In this document: positions 9,341 to 17,917 of the stretch, piece after piece | Numbering within the stretch: the stretch's first letter is position 1 | Layout: every line of letters begins with the position of its first letter | Assembly: GCA_963826785.1 (NCBI GenBank) | Contig: CAWGYD010000009.1 | Coordinates: 6,857-70,856 of the forward strand | Direction: 5' to 3' | Source of the DNA: an uncultured delta proteobacterium | Lineage (GTDB): Bacteria > Desulfobacterota > Desulfobacteria > Desulfobacterales > Desulfosalsimonadaceae | Length of the DNA: 64,000 nucleotides | Position numbers and translations under genes: made by a program | Notes under the pieces: generated by a model | Told to the model about the DNA's origin: nothing | Database searches by the model: none | The model's input: only the letters and a program-made list of their open reading frames with translations

Positions 9341-10156
9341 TTATCCGTGAAGAATTTTCAATGCGTCTTCGACAGAGGCATCATGAAAGAGAATGGCGGC
9401 CATGGCCTTGACCATCCGGGTCGGGTCTTTATGCTGGAAGACGTTTCTGCCGATGGATACGCCGGCCCCGCCGGCCTCCACCGAGCCCTTGACCATTTCG
9501 AGAATGTCCCTGTCCGAATCCATCTTGGCGCCGCCGGCGATCACCACGGGAACCGTGCATCCTTCAACCACCTGGCGAAACGATTCCGGAGACCCGGTAT
9601 AAGACACCTTGACGATGTCCGCCCCCATTTCACATCCCACCCGGGCGGCATGCTTGACCACTTCCACGTCGTATTCATCCTTGATCTTCTCGCCCCTCGG
9701 ATAGACCATGGCCAGCAGGGGCACTCCCCAGTTCCGGGATTCAAAGCTGACCCGGCCGAAATCATTGAGCATCTCCTTTTCCTGGTGATCGCCGATATTC
9801 ACGTGGATGGAGACGGCATCCGCACCCAGCTTGAGGGCTTCCTCCACGGAACAGACCAGGGTCTTGGAGTGCGGATACGGAGAAAGTGCAGTGGATGCGC
9901 TGAGATGGATGATCAGCCCGATATCGCCCCCCCGGCGGCGGTGGCCGGCGCCCACCAGCCCCTTGTGCTCCACAATGGCCTTGGCGCCCCCTTCGGCGAC
10001 CCTGGCCACGGTTTCCTTGATATCCCGTATACCCTCGATCGGCCCGACGGATACGCCGTGATCAAGCGGCACAATAATGGTCCTGCCCGAATTGCGGTCC
10101 ATGATCCGCTCCATCCGGATCTGTTTTCCCAAGATCGTCATGACGCCCTCCTGCAT
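9341..10156 (-). CDS. aroA': 2-amino-3,7-dideoxy-D-threo-hept-6-ulosonate (ADH) synthase, class I aldolase family
   Basis: [16 protein letters not shown]...[12 protein letters not shown]...[11 protein letters not shown]...GRNVFQH. Closely resembles my recollection of MJ0400. Confidence 0.85.
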   Translation of the reverse strand: MQEGVMTILGKQIRMERIMDRNSGRTIIVPLDHGVSVGPIEGIRDIKETVARVAEGGAKAIVEHKGLVGAGHRRRGGDIGLIIHLSASTALSPYPHSKTLVCSVEEALKLGADAVSIHVNIGDHQEKEMLNDFGRVSFESRNWGVPLLAMVYPRGEKIKDEYDVEVVKHAARVGCEMGADIVKVSYTGSPESFRQVVEGCTVPVVIAGGAKMDSDRDILEMVKGSVEAGGAGVSIGRNVFQHKDPTRMVKAMAAILFHDASVEDALKILHG

Positions 10157-10213
10157 CTGTCCTGTTTAGTATGGATTAAAAATACGCCGATGAATTTTTT
10201 CCCCGGCGCCAGA

Positions 10214-10253
10214 AACAAAAAAAGCCGCGGGCATCTGGTCTGCCCGCGGCTTT
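10214..10253 (-). terminator. intrinsic terminator (minus strand)
   Basis: AAAGCCGCGGGCA-N7-TGCCCGCGGCTTT with an A-run on the plus strand, which is a T-run after the hairpin on the minus strand. Confidence 0.6.
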
Positions 10254-10405
10254 GAATCGATTTATCGAATTTTCAGGTTAACATCGCCCAGGCAGACCAC
10301 TGCGATTATAGCAATAGCTAAAATACCAGTAATAATAAAAAAGTCTGCCGGAAAAAGAGTTCATTTACTGCTTCTTTTTAGGATGATTTAAACAAGACTT
10401 AAACT

Positions 10406-10539
10406 TGATGAAGCCGTAAAAAGTCGGATTTTACACTTTCGTCATTCCGGCGGAGGCCGGAATCTACTACAAACTAAGTTGGTTATAGACTCCGGTTTTC
10501 ACCGGAGTGACGAACTTCGGACTTTTTACGGGTTCATCA
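10406..10539. mobile_element. 134-bp MITE-like palindromic element, copy 2 (inverted relative to copy 1)
   Basis: 2 mismatches to the reverse complement of 789-922. Flanked by AACT/AACT. Confidence 0.7.
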
Positions 10540-10574
10540 AACTTGATCGAATTTCACTTAAAATTTTCTGCTTG

Positions 10575-11240
10575 TCAAGTGATTATTTTTTCATGGACAT
10601 TTTTCTCCACGAGATTTGCCGCATTTTTCTGCATGAGCAAAAAGTCATCTTCATCCAGGCCGGCGCCCATGGCAATGATCCGGGCGGTGTCGATATCGAT
10701 GAGATCGCCGGGGGAATGGGAGTCGGTGTCGAGCACCAGACGGGCGCCAGTCTGCCGGGCCAGTCTGGCCACATGCCCGTTGGTCAGGCTGTGCCCTTTG
10801 CGCGCCGTGATTTCAAGCAGGACGCCCCGATCCCGGGCCGCGATGGCATCGCTTTCCGAAATGAGTCCGGGATGCGCCAGGATGTCGACGCCGGCCTCGA
10901 TCGCCGCGCGGTTGGTGCCCTTGGCCACGGGTTCCGCCACGGTTTCACCATGCCCGATCACCAGGCGGGCGCCAAGCTTCCGGGCTTTTTCCACCACACT
11001 GCCGAAAAGGACCGGCGGTACATGGGTGATTTCGATTCCGGCAATGATCCGGATGGCCATCACGGCATTCAACATACGGGCGGCTTCGACGATCCGGGGA
11101 ATCACCAGGTCGATGTTGGACATATCGCCGTGATCGGTCATTCCGATGATGGCAATCCCCCGGTGTTCGGCCCGCCGGGCGAGTTCCGAGGGGATGAGTT
11201 CTCCGTCGCTGAACAGGGTATGGGTGTGAAGATCGATCAT
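10575..11240 (-). CDS. PHP-domain phosphoesterase (histidinol-phosphatase-like)
   Basis: MIDLHTHTLFSDGELIP...MTDHGD...DTDSH. Confidence 0.8.
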   Translation of the reverse strand: MIDLHTHTLFSDGELIPSELARRAEHRGIAIIGMTDHGDMSNIDLVIPRIVEAARMLNAVMAIRIIAGIEITHVPPVLFGSVVEKARKLGARLVIGHGETVAEPVAKGTNRAAIEAGVDILAHPGLISESDAIAARDRGVLLEITARKGHSLTNGHVARLARQTGARLVLDTDSHSPGDLIDIDTARIIAMGAGLDEDDFLLMQKNAANLVEKNVHEKIIT

Positions 11241-11261
11241 CGTGTGTGTCCCTATGGAAAA

Positions 11262-11759
11262 TTACACCTTGTATTTGCCGAAATCCTCGGGGGAGAGCTT
11301 CTTCAGGTACTCCTCCCATTTCTTGCCCTGATCGCTTTCGTCTGCGCTTTCATATTCGCCGTCTTTGACCTTCAGGTTTTCCACCACCACATCATCCACG
11401 AAAATAGATGCGTTGAGGCGAAGGGCCAGGGCGATGGCATCACTGGGCCGGGAATCGAGTATGAATTCCTCCTCATCCGAAGAGCAGTAGATCTTGGCGA
11501 AAAAGGTGTTTTCCTTCAGATCGCAGACCTCGATCCGGCTGACCGTGATGTTGACCCGATCGATGAAATTTTTGAACAGATCATGGGTCATGGGCCGTTC
11601 GAAATCGATATTCTGGAGTACAGAGGCGATTGAAGCCGCTTCCAGAAGTCCGATCCAGATGGGAACGGAAAATTCCTCATCCTCGGAATTGAGAATCAGA
11701 ATCGGGGCGTTTGACGACGGATCCATGGCCAGTCCGCCGATTTTCATTTTATGCAACAT
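11262..11759 (-). CDS. bifunctional nuclease family protein (DUF151/BFN)
   Basis: APILILNSEDEEFSVPIWIGLLEAASIA...RPMTHDL...DSRPSDAIALALR. Start chosen at ATG 11759 (GGGGGA upstream). Confidence 0.8.
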   Translation of the reverse strand: MLHKMKIGGLAMDPSSNAPILILNSEDEEFSVPIWIGLLEAASIASVLQNIDFERPMTHDLFKNFIDRVNITVSRIEVCDLKENTFFAKIYCSSDEEEFILDSRPSDAIALALRLNASIFVDDVVVENLKVKDGEYESADESDQGKKWEEYLKKLSPEDFGKYKV

Positions 11760-13161
11760 GATATTTTCCCCCTGTTGTTTCGCAAGTTTCCCCTTCGGGA
11801 TGCGTCGGTGTTCCCCACAGGGAATTTCGATAGACTTTTTCGATTTTGACCGCAACTGTTTTGCCGATCAGATCGGACAGGCCCGCTTCGTTGATATCGA
11901 ACTCAAAATTGACAATCCGGTTTTCGGGTGTACGGCCGGTGAGTTCCTTGCAGGTCAAAGACGGCCGGATACCATTTTTCAGCTGCTTTTTGCTTTCGCC
12001 TTCGATCAGCACCGGGCAGATGCGGCCGATAAGCGCCGCATGTTTTTGGCGGCCGATCCGCTCCTGCAGATCGAGTATAGCCTGCAGCCGCTCCTGCTTG
12101 ATCCGATCTTCGATCTTGTTGTTAAAATGCGCGGCGGGCGCATTGGGACGATCCGAATAGGCAAACGCATAAATGCTGTCGAAGCCGACCGCTTCCATCA
12201 ACGCAAGGGTTTGCTCGAAATCGGCATCCGTTTCACCGGGGAAACCCACGATCAGGTCGGTGGTGATGGCAATCTCCGGAGAGACCCGCCGCAGCCGGGC
12301 CACTTTTTCAAGATAGGCCTCCCGGGTGTATCGGCGGTTCATCGCTTCTAAAATACGGTTGGCGCCGGACTGCACCGGGAGATGAATGTGGTTGCACAGC
12401 TTTTCCAGCCGGCAAAAAGAAGCGATCAGTTCATCGGATAAATCCTTGGGGTGAGAGGTCACAAACCGGATCCGCTCCAGACCCGGCACGCCATCGACCA
12501 TTTCCAGAAGCTGAGCAAAAGAGACCAGCCCTTCTTTGGTGCCATAGCTGTTCACATTCTGGCCCAGCAGGGTGATCTCCTTGACGCCCCGGCGGCAAAG
12601 CCGGGTGATCTCGTTTAAAATGGATTCGGGTTCGCGGCTGGCTTCCCGTCCCCGCACATAGGGGACAATGCAGTATGCGCAGAAATTGTCGCATCCCCGC
12701 ATGATGGTGACAAATGCGGACAGTCCGGCAGGGGCGCAGCTGTCGGGATGAGCATCTTCCATGCACGCGGTCATATCCGTCTGCACGATGGGTCCATGTT
12801 CGGTTTCCAGCAGATCGAGCATCTCCGGCAGTCGATTGACGGCATGCGTCCCCAAAACAATATCCACATGGGGAAACCGTTCAATCAGGCCTTGTTTTTC
12901 CTGCTGGGCCACGCACCCTGCCACCACCACCCGCAGGCTCGGATTGCGCTGTTTAAGTTTATGCAGACGTCCGATGAAGCTGTGGACCTTCTGGACGGCC
13001 TTTTCACGGATGGCACAGGTGTTGACGATCACCAGGTCCGCCCTGGAAAGCACGGTGGTGTTCTGATACTGCCGGTCTGCCAGCAGGTCCAGCATGCGGC
13101 CGGAATCATAGACATTCATCTGGCAGCCGATGGTCTGGATATAAACGTTTTTCGAATTCAT
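11749..13161 (-). CDS. miaB: tRNA (i6A37) methylthiotransferase
   Basis: VYIQTIGCQMNVYDS...RGCDNFCAYCIVPYVRG. Start at MNSKNVY (13161), forming an ATGA overlap with the upstream small gene. Confidence 0.93.
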   Translation of the reverse strand: MNSKNVYIQTIGCQMNVYDSGRMLDLLADRQYQNTTVLSRADLVIVNTCAIREKAVQKVHSFIGRLHKLKQRNPSLRVVVAGCVAQQEKQGLIERFPHVDIVLGTHAVNRLPEMLDLLETEHGPIVQTDMTACMEDAHPDSCAPAGLSAFVTIMRGCDNFCAYCIVPYVRGREASREPESILNEITRLCRRGVKEITLLGQNVNSYGTKEGLVSFAQLLEMVDGVPGLERIRFVTSHPKDLSDELIASFCRLEKLCNHIHLPVQSGANRILEAMNRRYTREAYLEKVARLRRVSPEIAITTDLIVGFPGETDADFEQTLALMEAVGFDSIYAFAYSDRPNAPAAHFNNKIEDRIKQERLQAILDLQERIGRQKHAALIGRICPVLIEGESKKQLKNGIRPSLTCKELTGRTPENRIVNFEFDINEAGLSDLIGKTVAVKIEKVYRNSLWGTPTHPEGETCETTGGKYHVA

Positions 13162-13394
13162 ACGCTCAATAATTGACGGTCCGAAGACATGGGTTGGATG
13201 GGAAAACTTTTGCGCAGGTCCGACAATACAAACTCCACATCGGCCTCGCATCCCGGCGCGATATGCAGCGCAATGACGGTTTCATGGGGGTCGATGGTTT
13301 CCAGCACCGCGATGCCGTCGTATGCCTCGAAAATAAACTTGATGAAATAAACGGCGCTTCGATCCACATGAAACAGCCTCCGGGAGGTTTTCAA
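13158..13394 (-). CDS. small conserved-looking protein (DUF4911-like), translationally coupled to miaB
   Basis: 78 aa, ATGA overlap with miaB. The family assignment is from memory only. Confidence 0.55.
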   Translation of the reverse strand: MKTSRRLFHVDRSAVYFIKFIFEAYDGIAVLETIDPHETVIALHIAPGCEADVEFVLSDLRKSFPIQPMSSDRQLLSV

Positions 13395-13603
13395 TCCATT
13401 GCCCCTTGTACCCGTATATTGGTGATTCTGGCCTGTCGTTTAGAAAAGGATACCATCAAATGCGCCTTTTTCAATAAAAATAAGGTCGCCGTAAATGATA
13501 CGGCACTGTTAATATAAGCATCGGCCTTCATGCGTCAAACCCGGACTGAAAAGCCGCAAGATTATCATTGTCCGAGAAGTCATCATGCGGTATAGGCCAG
13601 TTT

Positions 13604-15325
13604 ATGAAAAAAGAATGGGTCATTTGCGCTCCGGATAAAACACTGACAGACCGCATCCGCCGCCTCAGCGGATGCCATCCGGTGGTGGCCGCCGTTCTGG
13701 CGAATCGTCATATCTGCGAAAAAGCTCAGATCGATGCTTTTCTGCGCCCTTGCCTGAGCCACATCCGGTCATTTTCTCTTTTGACCGACATGACGCCTGC
13801 TGTCGAGCGAATTGCGCACGCACTTGGCCACAAGCAGAAGATTCTGATTTTCGGCGATTACGACGTGGACGGCATCACCTCGACGGTGCTCATATACGAA
13901 TTTTTACAGCAGGCCGGTGCCGATGTCCGCTATTATATTCCGCACCGCATCGATGAAGGATACGGCCTTGCCGCCAGTCACGTTCGTGAAATCGCCGCTG
14001 AAGGCCAAATCGACCTCATCATCACCGTGGACTGCGGTTCGGCCAGTCACGAGGCGATTGCCTGTGCGACGGCCTGCAATATCGATGTGATCATTACCGA
14101 TCACCATGATATCCCAGCGCCTCTGCCGGCTGCACATGCGGTGATCAATCCCAAGCGCATCGACTGCACCTCCAAAAGCGATCACCTGGCCGGGGTGGGG
14201 GTGGCCTTCTGCCTGGCCATCGCCCTCCGAAAACACCTGAGGGAGTGCGGGTATTTCAATGATGACCGGCCCGAACCCAACCTCAAAAGCCTGTGCGACC
14301 TGGTGGCACTGGGCACGATCTCCGATATCGTTCCGCTGGTGGCGGAAAACCGGGTTCTCACCCATGCCGGCCTCCAGGTGATCAATTCGGCTCCCCGGCC
14401 CGGGATTGCCGCCCTGATCGAATCTTCCGGTATCCGCAAACCGTTCATCGACGCGGAAGACATCGCGTTTCGCCTGGGCCCCCGGCTAAATGCGGCCGGA
14501 CGGATGGATCACGCCGATTCAGCCGTCAACCTGCTGCTCACCCGGGATATCGATCAAGCCCGGGTCATGGCGTCGAGCTTGAACGAAATGAATTCCCGGC
14601 GGCAGCAGGTCGAAGGCCGAATTTTTCAGAACATCCTGATGTTTTTAAATGAAAAGCCGGAATTCGGGCAACGCAAATCCATCGTATTGGGCGCCCCGGA
14701 CTGGCATGCCGGCGTCTTGGGAATCGTGGCCTCCCGACTGGTGGAGCATCTGCACCGGCCGGTGGTCCTGTTTTCCTTCAAGGACGGCGGCGCCACCGGT
14801 TCCGCCCGGTCCATTCCTTCTGTGAACATGCATGAAGCGCTGACCGCCTGCGCCGATCTTCTGGAAGGCTACGGCGGACACGCCATGGCTGCCGGACTCC
14901 GCCTCAAGGCAGTCAATTTCGAGCCCTTCCGGGCGGCTTTTGAACGCCAGGCCGCCAAAATGATCGCCCCCGATGATCTTGCCCCCACCCTGATCATCGA
15001 TGCCCCGCTCAGCATAGAGGATATCGATGATCGCTTAACCGATGAGATTGAATCTTTGCAGCCCTTCGGCCCGCTCCATCCAGAACCGCTGTTTTATGCA
15101 AAAGATCTTGAGATCCTGTTTTCAAAAGAGATCGGAAGCCGGCATTGCCGGTATATCGTAAAGCCCCGCCATTCAACAAAAGACATAAAGCTTCCCGCCA
15201 TCTGGTTTAACGCCGGTGCAGACGGACCCATCCGGCATCAATTCGCTTCGATGGCCTTTAAGCTGCGGTGGAACCACTGGAATGGAAAAAGAGCCATCCA
15301 ATTGATCATCGAAGATGTCCGATGA
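13604..15325 (+). CDS. recJ: single-stranded-DNA-specific exonuclease RecJ
   Basis: ILIFGDYDVDGITS...IPHRIDEGYGL...ITVDCG...ITDHH (DHH motifs). ATG at 13604 preferred over the TTG at 13568. Confidence 0.93.
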   Translation: MKKEWVICAPDKTLTDRIRRLSGCHPVVAAVLANRHICEKAQIDAFLRPCLSHIRSFSLLTDMTPAVERIAHALGHKQKILIFGDYDVDGITSTVLIYEFLQQAGADVRYYIPHRIDEGYGLAASHVREIAAEGQIDLIITVDCGSASHEAIACATACNIDVIITDHHDIPAPLPAAHAVINPKRIDCTSKSDHLAGVGVAFCLAIALRKHLRECGYFNDDRPEPNLKSLCDLVALGTISDIVPLVAENRVLTHAGLQVINSAPRPGIAALIESSGIRKPFIDAEDIAFRLGPRLNAAGRMDHADSAVNLLLTRDIDQARVMASSLNEMNSRRQQVEGRIFQNILMFLNEKPEFGQRKSIVLGAPDWHAGVLGIVASRLVEHLHRPVVLFSFKDGGATGSARSIPSVNMHEALTACADLLEGYGGHAMAAGLRLKAVNFEPFRAAFERQAAKMIAPDDLAPTLIIDAPLSIEDIDDRLTDEIESLQPFGPLHPEPLFYAKDLEILFSKEIGSRHCRYIVKPRHSTKDIKLPAIWFNAGADGPIRHQFASMAFKLRWNHWNGKRAIQLIIEDVR

Positions 15326-15583
15326 CGCCATTTCGCATCCAACACAGGCTTTTTCGGCTGCATGTTCGGATTGCCAAATATTTGCCGCCCAGGGCCTGAT
15401 TTTATGATCTGAAGTAATTTCTGAACGTAAATGGAACAATTCATATTCGAGACGCCCCTGATCAGTGAATTTTTACTTGAAATCTGCGCGGCTTGGGGTT
15501 ATTGTTCCCTTTTAATTGTTTCCCGTTATCGTAGCGATACCGGGCTGACGGAAATAAGTGTCTGAACGGAAAAGGGACCCCAT

Positions 15584-16009
15584 ATGTCAAAACGATTTCG
15601 ACCCAGCAATCTCGGCGAAACCCGGCTGATTTCAAAAATTGAATCCTCCAAGGAATACGAACGCAGAAAAGCCATCAATTCAGTCGGGGATCATCTGGAA
15701 GCGCTGAGCAATGCCATTGCCATGAAACTGGTCGAAAACGAACTGGTTGAAACCAACAACAAGAATTCCCTCCAGGAGCAGATCACCTTCTGCCTGGAAA
15801 AATTGACCAATGCAGATGATTTTGAGATCGACTACCAGGTGGCGACCATCCGGAACCTGGTTTCCAATCCGCACGTGGTCAGCCTCTATGTCACGGCATT
15901 TGTCATTGAACAGCTCATCCGGCACAAGGACATTATCGATGTGTATGGCTCGGATGAGGAAATTTATCTCTGTATCCATAAACAGGTGGTCAAGCACCTG
16001 CCCAAGTAA
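15584..16009 (+). CDS. hypothetical protein (141 aa)
   Basis: ORF with a TAATG stop/start overlap onto the next gene. No motif recognised. Confidence 0.6.
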   Translation: MSKRFRPSNLGETRLISKIESSKEYERRKAINSVGDHLEALSNAIAMKLVENELVETNNKNSLQEQITFCLEKLTNADDFEIDYQVATIRNLVSNPHVVSLYVTAFVIEQLIRHKDIIDVYGSDEEIYLCIHKQVVKHLPK

Positions 16010-17016
16010 TGCCTCCGCTGTTCAAACCTCGGCTGACCAACACTCCTACCGGGGATCCCGGCTTATTTGTCCCCTTTTCCTTTGACAGACGGGCCGTTCT
16101 TTTCGACATCGGTGATATCGATACCCTGTCGAGTAAAGACCTGCTTAAAATTTCCGACATCTTCATCACTCACACCCACATGGATCATTTCTCCGGATGG
16201 GATCGACTGCTGCGCCTGGTGCTGGGGCGGGAGAAGATTCTCAATCTGTATGGCCCAAAGGGGTTTCTGGCCAACATGGATGGCCGCCTGGCCGGCTATT
16301 GCTGGAATCTTTTGAAAAATTACACCAGCGAACTGATTCTAAATGTCACCGAAATCAGGCACGACACAAAGATCCGCCGCCGTTATTCCACCAAAACCCA
16401 ATTTCAACCTGAAGATGAAGACCGAATCGAGCCCTTTTCCGACAGGCTTCTGCTGAAAGAGGATGCTTTTGTTGTTGCGGCCACGGTGCTGGATCACGGC
16501 ATTGACTGCCTCGGCTTTTCGCTTAAGGAAAGATTTACCATCAATATTCGAAAAGATGCCTTGTCGCGACTGGGTTTTCGACCCGGTCCCTGGCTGCGGG
16601 AATTCAAGGATGCGCTCTACGGAGGACAACATGCGGATTCCGAACTGATCATCCCCGCCCATTACGCGAAAGAAGGTGAAAAAAGGCTCCGGATCGGCGA
16701 ATTGGCAAAACAACTGGCCATCATTACCCCCGGCCAGAAAATCACCTATGTTTCAGACGTGGCCTATACCGATGAAAATATTGAAAAGATTCTTCAGATC
16801 GCAAAAGACTCGGATCACCTCTTCATCGAAGCGGCGTTTCTGGAGGCCGATGCATCCCACGCCCGGCGAAAACACCATCTGACCGCCCGCCAGGCCGGTA
16901 GAATTGCGGGCATGGCAGGGGCCAAACGATTTACCCTCTTTCATTTTTCCCCCCGGTACAACGATGCACAGCGGCAGTTTCAGGAAGAGGCGACGGCGGC
17001 ATACGAGAAAAAATAA
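16009..17016 (+). CDS. MBL-fold metallo-hydrolase, RNase Z/BN-like
   Basis: IFITHTHMDHFSGWDRLL...LGFRPGPWLREFK...FHFSPRY. Confidence 0.8.
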   Translation: MPPLFKPRLTNTPTGDPGLFVPFSFDRRAVLFDIGDIDTLSSKDLLKISDIFITHTHMDHFSGWDRLLRLVLGREKILNLYGPKGFLANMDGRLAGYCWNLLKNYTSELILNVTEIRHDTKIRRRYSTKTQFQPEDEDRIEPFSDRLLLKEDAFVVAATVLDHGIDCLGFSLKERFTINIRKDALSRLGFRPGPWLREFKDALYGGQHADSELIIPAHYAKEGEKRLRIGELAKQLAIITPGQKITYVSDVAYTDENIEKILQIAKDSDHLFIEAAFLEADASHARRKHHLTARQAGRIAGMAGAKRFTLFHFSPRYNDAQRQFQEEATAAYEKK

Positions 17017-17035
17017 AAAATGGCGGGAATAACCA

Positions 17036-17650
17036 TCAGGCGGTCTGGAGCGTATCCATGCTGCCCTGACGCATGATCAGAAGGGCCAGCTGGTGCATCG
17101 CCTTTCTTTTTTCTTCCGCGGTCCGGCCCGGGTAGTTTCTGAATGTCAGAACCACGCCGGCAAGGGAGGCGAAAAACGCCTGGGTATTGAGCCGGAGGTT
17201 TTCCGCCCCTTCGGTCTGGCGGATCACCTTGTCGAACATGGAAAGGAAATATTTCTGGACGGCATTGAATTTTTTCAGGGCCTGGGGATTTAATTCTCCG
17301 CGGATCATGAAATGGCACATCATCTGAAAAGCGGCTTCATTATCGACCATGTAATCCACCACCGCAAGGGAAAGGTCTTCAATATTGCTGCCGCCGGCCA
17401 GACGGTCCCGGAGACGCTTTTCAATGGTGTTGATATCGAGCATCAGGGCTTCCACGAACAGGTCGTCCCGGCTGGGGAAATACCGGTAAATGGATGCGGC
17501 CGAAACACCGGCTTTTACAGCGATATCGCGCATGCCGATTTCGTGAAACGATTTTTCCTCAAAAAGTTCCATGGCCGCCTTGATGATCAGATGTTTTCTG
17601 ACCTCCCGCTCATCCTCCCGCAATTGTTTGAATGTGGACCTGTCCGACAT
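17036..17650 (-). CDS. TetR/AcrR family transcriptional regulator
   Basis: FEEKSFHEIGMRDIAVKAGVSAASIYRYFPSRDDLF. Start at MSDRS (GGAGG upstream). Confidence 0.9.
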   Translation of the reverse strand: MSDRSTFKQLREDEREVRKHLIIKAAMELFEEKSFHEIGMRDIAVKAGVSAASIYRYFPSRDDLFVEALMLDINTIEKRLRDRLAGGSNIEDLSLAVVDYMVDNEAAFQMMCHFMIRGELNPQALKKFNAVQKYFLSMFDKVIRQTEGAENLRLNTQAFFASLAGVVLTFRNYPGRTAEEKRKAMHQLALLIMRQGSMDTLQTA

Positions 17651-17917
17651 CCCGCTTTCCCTCCGCTGACTAAAAGGATTCAAAAAGTTAATGGAAAACA
17701 TTCATTACCAAAGTTTAGGAAAACAAACAATGTTTTTTTAAAGAATAGTTCTCATTATCATCACCGTAAATGGTGCGAAACACAGCGGGGGCAGGCGGAT
17801 TGCGGATGCAGAACGGACATTTCGGTTTAAAAGGCGATTGCGCGGGGAAAACGAGGCCAATACAAACCGATGGGGCTGATGATACCGCGTAAAATGAGAT
17901 TTTAAGCGGTTATTTTT

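Noticed and set aside
10260-10400. Small hydrophobic ORF (…FFIITGILAIAIIAVVCLG…) on the minus strand between the aro operon and MITE copy 2
   Set aside because: That frame has a TGA immediately upstream and no start codon. The alternative ATG frame gives a Tyr/Trp-rich 28-mer with no ribosome-binding site.
789-10539. Composite transposon carrying ppdK and the shikimate genes
   Set aside because: No transposase, integrase or resolvase lies anywhere in the window. Each MITE copy has its own 4-bp duplication, which indicates independent insertions rather than one outer duplication for the whole 9.7 kb. Kept only as a possible inversion substrate.
17689-17707. TAATG-N9-CATTA as a TetR autoregulatory operator upstream of the TetR gene
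   Set aside because: Only 5-bp arms in an AT-rich stretch, which is easily produced by chance. There is no second copy and no divergent target gene to support it.
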